Positions 54,624-61,650 of a stretch of 64,000 bases of DNA are shown here, one piece after another. Numbering within the stretch: the stretch's first letter is position 1; each line of letters starts with the position of its first letter. The stretch is from assembly GCA_017525225.1 (NCBI GenBank), contig JAFXTB010000048.1, positions 8,799 through 72,798 of the forward strand, written 5' to 3'. Made by a program: the position numbers and the translations under genes. This DNA comes from Kiritimatiellia bacterium (GTDB lineage: Bacteria > Verrucomicrobiota > Kiritimatiellia > RFP12 > UBA1067). The notes beneath the pieces are model-generated. The model worked only from the letters and a program-made list of their open reading frames with translations. It was not told the origin of the DNA and did not search any database.

Positions 54624-57600
54624 ATGTTGGTGGACAATGGAACCAGAACCATGTTGAAAGGGCGATCAATCATGTACAATAAGGCGACAGCATTCGCTAT
54701 TGCGGCGAGTCTTTCAGCTTCGCTTCTGGCCACGGAGTACAAGTGGACTGGCGGCGGGAGCGACGGCAGCTGGAAGAATCCAGACAACTGGGACCAGTCC
54801 ACCGGCTATCCGTGCCAATCCAACGACATCGCGCTGTTCGGGATGTCGGCCACCGTGACGTTTGATGCCGGCCCCGACACGCCGCTCAACGCCATAAAGA
54901 CAGAGAAGACGACGGGCGTGGAGGTGTCCATCAACGCCGATTCCAACGGCTCGAGCATCCGCTTTTCCGACCAGGGCGGCCCAAAGGCCGCGGATGGTAC
55001 GATATTGCGCATGGGGGTGCCAATCTCCTGCGAGGCAAGATTCAACCCGTCCTCGGGCAAGGGGGCGACGGTCTATTTCTCCAATACCTTGACGAACCTT
55101 GTCCCGCCCACCCAGAACATGTACTTTGGCGGACTGGGCAGCTACGTGCTGGAAGGCGACTGCGACATCTTCACCATCAACCGCACGGACCTGGGCTGGT
55201 ATGGCAATTCGCCGCAAGGTACGGTCGTCAATCACTACCTGCGCGGCAATGCACGCTTCACTGCGACGAATTCCACGTCCTACGGCTACATCAACATGGT
55301 TGGAAATGGTTCGACCAAGGCGCCTAGCGTGTATTTAGAGCAGGATGGCGACGACACCGCAATGACGCTCACGACGCTCAACCTCGGTGGCTACAGCGGC
55401 TCCACCACCCCGTACCACGACGATGCATTCGCCCTCTATAGGCTCAAGCGCGGGACGTTCACGATCCTCGATACGTTGAACGTGGGCACGAAGGTGTATG
55501 GATCGTATGTGCAGGAGGGGGGCACGGCAACTGTGGCGAAGCTGGTGTTCGGCAACAAGCTTGCACCGGACGACAAGTTCGAGATCCTTGGCGGCAGTTT
55601 CACGGTAGGCACCGTCTCCGGCACGCCCGCCACATCGGTGCTTCTTTCAAACTGCACGTTCAGGACCACGGGATCGCTTACGGCCTCCTTCCCGATCATG
55701 CTGGCGGGTACCGTGGGCATCGCCGCGCCGACCGGCAAGGAGATTCAGCTGAACAACGTGTCCGCGCCGGGAGGATGCGTCGTCGACTCTGCGGGAGAGG
55801 GTACGGTCTATCTGCAGGCCGTCGGCGAGTTCGTGCAGAACGGCGGCGACGTCTCGCTCAGCAGGCTGGATGTGGGCGATATCCAGACGGGCCACTACAC
55901 GCTCCAGGGAGGTTCGCTGGCGGCGGCCGGACTCAAGATAGGCGGCATGAACTCCGCCAGGATGAACGTCCTGGGTGGAACGCTGACCGTGCCAACGATC
56001 TCCACCTCTTCGCGCGGAGTCCTCGATGTGTCCGGCGGCGGCGTTCTGGCATTCACGGGTGATACGAATTTCAATCCGGATGACTTCCGCATCTCAATGA
56101 GCAACGCCACGTTCCAGGCCCAGGGTGGCGTGACGATGGGAACGGCGATGGATCTCGCCGGCACCGTGACGTTCGATGTCGCCGCCGGCAAGAAGTTCGC
56201 CTTCTCCGTGCCGCCGCGCATCGCGCCCGGCACTCTCATCCGCAAGACGGGCGCGGGCGAGCTTGATTTCGCATGTGACTTTATCTGGCGTGGCGACATG
56301 GAGATCGTCGAGGGCCAGGTGACGATGACGCACGAGGTCGACAACGCGGACGGCGACGATTCCGTGCGCAATCTTACGATTCGGGACGGGGCGGTGCTCT
56401 ATACCGGCAACGTGACCCACAAGGTCAACGTGCCGATCGATCTGAAGATATATGGCGAGGGATATGTGCGCTCCGATTTCACATCCAGCATATTCCCGGT
56501 GCGCCATCTCTGGACGAACGATGTCGCCGTCGCGCGCGGTGCCATCTTCAACTGCGGCGATCTTACGACCGCCGGGGCGCCATATCGGTACAAGGGGTCC
56601 TCGGGCTCGGCCACCCACAACCGCAGCCCCATGGTGATCTCCTATACATGGACCGGCGGCGGCGACGGCAAGACCTGGAGCGATTCCGCCAATTGGGAGG
56701 ACGGCGAGATCCCGTTGGACCATTCAGGGCACTCGTATGCAGACCTTTCCCGCGCTACCGACATCGTCCTCACGGCGGATGTCGACATAGCAGGACCCAT
56801 CTTCTGCGGGAACAAGGGCGACAGGACGCTTGTCATCCATGCCGATGCCGCGCAGAACTTCTACACCTATGTCCCCCAAGCCTACCAGCCGGAGGCATAC
56901 ATCGCGACGGGCCGGACGATCATATTCAGGAACGTGAAATTCCCCAGGTCTCCGACGGCAGGGAATAACGTAGGTTATGTCCTGGGCTTCGGCACCATGA
57001 TCCTCGAGGGCAACTGCCACGGAGGCTACGTTCCGGCCGGCATGCCGAGGACGGCCGGCACCGTCCTCTATAGATACGCGACAAACACGGCATATCAGGC
57101 GAATGCCTACGGTTTTTCCATCAATACCGAGCTCGGGCTCCTCTGCTTTGGCAAAGGAACCGACATGAAGTTCATGAAGTCCTTTGCAGGTAATTCCGGA
57201 CACGCGAACCTGAAGGGGCAGGTGTTCCTGCCGGGCTGCACGGTGAAGTTCCGCGACGGACTGTATGTGACGCGCCACCACGGCAATGTAGCGTACAATG
57301 TCCGCATCGAAGGTGGCGACGTGTCCGTGGAGAAGGCCGCTGGAATCAGCATCGGGACTCTGAACGTATTCAATGACACGAACAACACCAAGATGCACGG
57401 TCTTGAGACATTCGAGATGCTGGGCGGCAGTCTCACGGTGGAGCGTTTCGCGAGCGAATGCAACCGGAACCACGCATATCTCACGGGCGGCGACATCTAC
57501 GTGGGCGCGGGCGGCTTCGTCGTCACCGATACGCATACGACGAACGCCGCCGCCTGCGTTGTATCCTGGTCGCCCAACACCGATCCGGTTGTGTTCTGGG

Positions 57601-59135
57601 GCGGTACCGCGATCCACGCGACGAACAGTTTCACGGTAAGCCTTGAAATGGAGTTGACGGGCGAGGGCGGAGAACCTGTCCTTGACGTACCGACCGGCTT
57701 CCAGGTGACGCTTGCGACGAACATGACCGGCTCTGCCGCGCTCGTGAAGACGGGCGGCGGCATTCTGCTGGTGTCGAACGCCGTGCAATCCGTCTCGATG
57801 CGCATCGAAGAAGGTACGCTCTCCTTCGATGGCGATGCCGATTTCACCGCATCCATGGGACCGCTGGTGCTCGCTTCCGACGCGTGCCTCTCCATCCCGG
57901 CCGGCAAGACACTCAAGGTCGCCACGCTGGTCTCCGCCGGCGTCGTGCGCACGGGTACGATTGCCTGGGGCGATGGCTTCGTGGAGGTGGCCGGTGAGGG
58001 GACTGCGGATTGGCTCGCACCCGCCGTGTACACGAAGGAGTTCACCGCCGCATGCAACGACGCCAAGTCGCTGGACGGGATCCACTACGCATACGCGGCC
58101 GGGTCGAACGGCACGCTGACGGTCTCCGGGACGGGCTCGCTGGAATTCGCTGCCGATTCCAGGATATATGTTCGTCCTGGCGACACGCTTGTGTTCGAGG
58201 TGCCGGTTTCGCTGGCAGGGCGGCTGGACATCCTTGGCGGCGGCGATGTCGTGTTTGAAAGCACGGCCACTCTTTCCGCGCCTGTCGACCCCACCTATCT
58301 CTACGTCCATGACGGATCGCGCCTCGTGCTGCGCAGCGTGGTGAATGGCGGCGCAAAGGGCATTTCCATGTATGCCGTGACGCGCCGTCTCGGCGAGCGC
58401 TACTCAACCATCAGGATCGAGGCCGGCGGCTATCTCTGCCAGGAATTCTACGCTTGCACGTTCTCGGGCGAGGATTCCTCGATAGGCGGCGTGCTGGAAA
58501 TCGCGGAAGGCGGCGAGTTCAGACTGCCCCGAACCGACAACTACTCCAGGATCGGGGCATCTGCAAACATTCACGAGACGCTTCGCCTTTGCGGCGGCAC
58601 GTTCAACCCCGCGACATACCTGCGCTACTACACCGGCAATGTGACGCTGCGCTTCGAGTCCGGGAAGATATTTGTGAACAACACCGGCACGATGCTCTCG
58701 CGCGACTTCACGGTGGATCTGGGCGGAAAGATAGACTTCGCGTCCATGACTGAAACGCCGGTCAGCACGATCGCGGCGGACATCGTGGGCGATGGCGAGA
58801 TCGTCCAGAGCGGCTCCAACACTGTGGTGCTCTGCGGTGCTCAGACCGGCGTACGGCGCTACTCGGCCCAATGCGGTACTCTGGCTTTCGGAGAGACGGC
58901 GGCGGCGACCTGCCGGCGGGATGTCCGGATTGATGCTTCCAGCGATGCGACGGTGAAGCTGGACTTCACGGGCATCATGACCGTGGGCAGCCTCTTCCTT
59001 GACGGCAAGCATCTCATCAAGGGCATATACGGCGCCGACACCTCGCCCACGGCCCGCAGGCCGAATTTGACAGGTCCTGGCTTCCTCGAAGTTCTTGAAG
59101 GGGAGCGTCCAGGCGTCGTGATACACCTGAGGTAG
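54624..59135 (+). CDS. giant secreted PATR-type surface protein, 1503 aa (giant 3)
   Basis: EYKWTGGGSDGSWKNPDNWDQS and VISYTWTGGGDGKTWSDSANWEDGEIP repeats. C-terminal tail GFLEVLEGERPGVVIHLR. TATAAT at 54601-54606 just upstream. Alternative start 54672 (MYNKATAFAIAASL). Confidence 0.7.
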   Translation: MLVDNGTRTMLKGRSIMYNKATAFAIAASLSASLLATEYKWTGGGSDGSWKNPDNWDQSTGYPCQSNDIALFGMSATVTFDAGPDTPLNAIKTEKTTGVEVSINADSNGSSIRFSDQGGPKAADGTILRMGVPISCEARFNPSSGKGATVYFSNTLTNLVPPTQNMYFGGLGSYVLEGDCDIFTINRTDLGWYGNSPQGTVVNHYLRGNARFTATNSTSYGYINMVGNGSTKAPSVYLEQDGDDTAMTLTTLNLGGYSGSTTPYHDDAFALYRLKRGTFTILDTLNVGTKVYGSYVQEGGTATVAKLVFGNKLAPDDKFEILGGSFTVGTVSGTPATSVLLSNCTFRTTGSLTASFPIMLAGTVGIAAPTGKEIQLNNVSAPGGCVVDSAGEGTVYLQAVGEFVQNGGDVSLSRLDVGDIQTGHYTLQGGSLAAAGLKIGGMNSARMNVLGGTLTVPTISTSSRGVLDVSGGGVLAFTGDTNFNPDDFRISMSNATFQAQGGVTMGTAMDLAGTVTFDVAAGKKFAFSVPPRIAPGTLIRKTGAGELDFACDFIWRGDMEIVEGQVTMTHEVDNADGDDSVRNLTIRDGAVLYTGNVTHKVNVPIDLKIYGEGYVRSDFTSSIFPVRHLWTNDVAVARGAIFNCGDLTTAGAPYRYKGSSGSATHNRSPMVISYTWTGGGDGKTWSDSANWEDGEIPLDHSGHSYADLSRATDIVLTADVDIAGPIFCGNKGDRTLVIHADAAQNFYTYVPQAYQPEAYIATGRTIIFRNVKFPRSPTAGNNVGYVLGFGTMILEGNCHGGYVPAGMPRTAGTVLYRYATNTAYQANAYGFSINTELGLLCFGKGTDMKFMKSFAGNSGHANLKGQVFLPGCTVKFRDGLYVTRHHGNVAYNVRIEGGDVSVEKAAGISIGTLNVFNDTNNTKMHGLETFEMLGGSLTVERFASECNRNHAYLTGGDIYVGAGGFVVTDTHTTNAAACVVSWSPNTDPVVFWGGTAIHATNSFTVSLEMELTGEGGEPVLDVPTGFQVTLATNMTGSAALVKTGGGILLVSNAVQSVSMRIEEGTLSFDGDADFTASMGPLVLASDACLSIPAGKTLKVATLVSAGVVRTGTIAWGDGFVEVAGEGTADWLAPAVYTKEFTAACNDAKSLDGIHYAYAAGSNGTLTVSGTGSLEFAADSRIYVRPGDTLVFEVPVSLAGRLDILGGGDVVFESTATLSAPVDPTYLYVHDGSRLVLRSVVNGGAKGISMYAVTRRLGERYSTIRIEAGGYLCQEFYACTFSGEDSSIGGVLEIAEGGEFRLPRTDNYSRIGASANIHETLRLCGGTFNPATYLRYYTGNVTLRFESGKIFVNNTGTMLSRDFTVDLGGKIDFASMTETPVSTIAADIVGDGEIVQSGSNTVVLCGAQTGVRRYSAQCGTLAFGETAAATCRRDVRIDASSDATVKLDFTGIMTVGSLFLDGKHLIKGIYGADTSPTARRPNLTGPGFLEVLEGERPGVVIHLR

Positions 59136-59180
59136 CCGGGCCGTCCACGTTCCACGCAAATCAGGCAGGGAGGGGAATCA

Positions 59181-59432
59181 ATGCCTACATACCAGTACGA
59201 GGCGCGCGACAGGCGCAAGTCCTGCGCTAAATGCCGTGATGGATTCGAGATAATGCAGTCGATCAACGACGACAGGCTGACTGTCTGCCCCGACTGCGGG
59301 TCGCCCATATTCCGCGTGATCGGTGCGCCTGCGCTCGGCCATTCCAAGACGGATCTCAACTATCGCGCCAAGCGTGCCGGATTCCACAGCTACAGGAAGG
59401 TACAGAAGGGCGAATACGAGAAGCAGTATTGA
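59181..59432 (+). CDS. FmdB-family zinc-ribbon protein
   Basis: MPTYQYEARDRRKSCAKCRDGFE...CPDCGSP, two CxxC pairs, 83 aa. GGGAGGGG SD. Confidence 0.7.
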   Translation: MPTYQYEARDRRKSCAKCRDGFEIMQSINDDRLTVCPDCGSPIFRVIGAPALGHSKTDLNYRAKRAGFHSYRKVQKGEYEKQY

Positions 59433-59442
59433 AAAGCGGGAT

Positions 59443-60381
59443 ATGGTGCATGTCGATGCCATCAAGGTACGGGCGAAGGTTCTTCACGAGATTCGCGGAT
59501 TCTTCGATGCGCGCGGTTTCATCGAGGTTGAAACCCCGGTACGCCTTGCCGCGCCCGCGCCCGAGCCGCATATAGACTGTCCCATCGTGCCGGTGCCTCC
59601 TTCGGGCGGGCGGACGACCTTCCTGCGCGCCTCTCCGGAGCTGCAGATGAAGAAGCTCCTCGCGGCGGGGATGGAGCGCATATACCAGATAGGCCCGTGC
59701 TTCAGGGAAGGGGAGTCCGGCAGACGGCACAACCCCGAGTTCACGATGCTCGAATGGTATCGCGCACATGCAAACTACATGGATATCCTGTCCGACATGG
59801 AGTCCCTGATCCTTCACTTCTTCCCCCAACCCTCCCAACTCTCCCAACCCTCCCAACCCTCACAATCTTCCCAACCCTCACAACCTTCTTCCCCTCTTGT
59901 CAAATCAAGCCCCCTCTTGTTCCCTTTCCCTCGGATCACGGTGCGTGAGGCCTATCGGCGTTGGGCGGACTGGGATCCTTTCTCGGAATGGGATGCCGAC
60001 AGGTTCGACTTCGATATGGCCGTCAAGATAGAGCCTAACATGCCGAAGGGGCCTGTGTTCCTGATGGACTATCCTCCGCAGGCGGCATCGCTCGCGAAGC
60101 TGCGTGATGGTGTTGCCGAACGCTGGGAACTCTACATGGACGGGATTGAGCTGGCCAACGCCTTCACCGAGCTGGGCGATCCGGTAGAGCAGCGGCGGCG
60201 GTTCGAGGAGGCACGTGCAGAGCGCCGGATTCTTGGCGAGGCGGACTATCCTCTGGATGAGGATTTCCTCTCCTCGCTGGCCGACATGCCGCCTGCCGGC
60301 GGCGTGGCGCTGGGCGTTGACCGCCTCGTGATGCTCGTATGTGGCGAGTCTGACATCGCCGCCGTCCGCATCGGCGAATGA
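59443..60381 (+). CDS. epmA: EF-P lysine aminoacylase-like (EpmA/PoxA/GenX family, class II LysRS-like core) with a low-complexity P/S/Q insertion
   Basis: CFREGESGRRHNPEFTMLEWY (class II motif 2) and GVALGVDRLVMLVCG (motif 3). Insertion FPQPSQLSQPSQPSQSSQPSQPSSP encoded by a 9-bp tandem repeat. Confidence 0.65.
   Translation: MVHVDAIKVRAKVLHEIRGFFDARGFIEVETPVRLAAPAPEPHIDCPIVPVPPSGGRTTFLRASPELQMKKLLAAGMERIYQIGPCFREGESGRRHNPEFTMLEWYRAHANYMDILSDMESLILHFFPQPSQLSQPSQPSQSSQPSQPSSPLVKSSPLLFPFPRITVREAYRRWADWDPFSEWDADRFDFDMAVKIEPNMPKGPVFLMDYPPQAASLAKLRDGVAERWELYMDGIELANAFTELGDPVEQRRRFEEARAERRILGEADYPLDEDFLSSLADMPPAGGVALGVDRLVMLVCGESDIAAVRIGE
59826..59888 (+). repeat. 7 x 9-bp in-frame tandem repeat (CAACCCTCC-like) inside the EpmA-like gene
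   Basis: caaccctcc caactctcc caaccctcc caaccctca caatcttcc caaccctca caaccttct read directly. Confidence 0.85.
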
Positions 60382-60429
60382 CTTCGTAGCTTTTTGTGGA
60401 GCTGCATTGTTCCGTTCAGGTGAAAATTA

Positions 60430-60458
60430 TGGTAAAATGCACGCATCGGAACCGATGC
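60430..60458 (+). promoter_or_regulatory. extended -10 (TGgTAAAAT) followed by leader hairpin GCATCGG-AA-CCGATGC
   Basis: TAAAAT 60433-60438. Inverted repeat 60443-60449 / 60452-60458. Second small palindrome GCACGGCGTGC downstream. AAAGGA SD before ATG 60521. Confidence 0.35.
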
Positions 60459-60520
60459 CTGCGGCCAGATGCACGGCGTGCGGTGACCGGTGGAAGAACT
60501 AGAAATGAAAGGATGAAGAC

Positions 60521-61585
60521 ATGTCGGAGATTAGATTGAACAGGCGCGGTTTTCTCGGCACGGCCGCAGCGGCGTCCATCGGAGCGATGGCATCCGCCCC
60601 TGTCCATGCCGCTCAAGGACCGGCGGCCAGATTGCCGCTCCCCGAGGGGAAGATGTTCGAGGGCTTCGATGGCGCCTGGGCCGCCATGTTCACGCCTTTT
60701 GTGCGCGACGAGCGCATTGACGCACCTGTCAACTACGACATCATCCCGTCCATGGTGGAGTATTTCATCGCGAGAGGTCTCAAGGGTGTGTACCTTACCG
60801 GCTCCACGGGCGAGGGATTCCTCCTGTCACACGACGAACGCGTGCGGATATATAGGACGGTCGTCGGTGCGGCGAAGGGCCGGCTCAAGGTGATAGCGCA
60901 CATCGGCTGTTTCTCCACGGCCGATGCCGTGAAACTGGCTAAGGCCGCGGCGGACGCGGGTGTCGACTGGGTGAGCTCCGTAGCGCCTGTCTACTTCGGA
61001 CAGTCCTTCAAGGCCGCATACGACCACTACAAGATCGTCTCCGAGGCGACCGATCTCCCGTTCCTCGTCTATTCCGTAGGGAAGAAGATCGTCCCGGCGG
61101 AGGCGTTCGAGCTGATGAAGCTCAAGAACGTACACGGCATGAAGTACACGGGCCGCGACTACTTCGACTTCGGCTGCATGTGCCGCAAGCTTGAGGCGAC
61201 CGGCAAGAGTGCGATCTATTTTGCCGGGGCGGATGAGCAGGTTCTCAATGCTTACGCGACAGGGCGCTTCTCGGGCTGCATCGGCACCTCCGACAACTTC
61301 ATCCCGGGCATCTACGCGAAGATCTGCGAGCTTGCCGCGAAGAACGATTTCGCCGCCGCGGCCCCGTACCAGGAAAAGGCGTGCCGCCTCATAGAGATGC
61401 TCTTTGCCACTGCGGGGAACGATTCGCTTTGGAAGGCCGTGATGCGCTACATAGGCCTTGACTGTGGCTATGGGCGCAGACCTTCCGGACGGCCGTATAC
61501 CGAAGCGCTGTACGCGGAGCACTGCGCACGGCTCGCCGCGCTTGGCGAGGATGTCGTTCGAAAGGACGACGCGAAGTTCATATAG
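60521..61585 (+). CDS. TAT-signal-bearing DHDPS/NAL-family aldolase (putative exported N-acetylneuraminate-lyase-like enzyme)
   Basis: Twin-arginine N-terminus NRRGFLGTAAAASIGAMASAPVHA. GSTGEG motif. Candidate Schiff-base lysine in VHGMKYTGRD. Confidence 0.65.
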   Translation: MSEIRLNRRGFLGTAAAASIGAMASAPVHAAQGPAARLPLPEGKMFEGFDGAWAAMFTPFVRDERIDAPVNYDIIPSMVEYFIARGLKGVYLTGSTGEGFLLSHDERVRIYRTVVGAAKGRLKVIAHIGCFSTADAVKLAKAAADAGVDWVSSVAPVYFGQSFKAAYDHYKIVSEATDLPFLVYSVGKKIVPAEAFELMKLKNVHGMKYTGRDYFDFGCMCRKLEATGKSAIYFAGADEQVLNAYATGRFSGCIGTSDNFIPGIYAKICELAAKNDFAAAAPYQEKACRLIEMLFATAGNDSLWKAVMRYIGLDCGYGRRPSGRPYTEALYAEHCARLAALGEDVVRKDDAKFI

Positions 61586-61615
61586 CCGTACGGGTATGAA
61601 CTCTTAGCTTTCGGC

Positions 61616-61644
61616 TTGCCAGCGGGGGTGGGACATGGTATCAT
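61616..61644 (+). promoter_or_regulatory. sigma70-like promoter TTGCCA-17-TATCAT, 6 nt before ATG 61651 (leaderless-type)
   Basis: TTGCCA 61616-61621, TATCAT 61639-61644, ATG 61651. 8-bp palindrome CCGTACGG at 61586-61593 upstream. Confidence 0.4.
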
Positions 61645-61650
61645 CATGCC

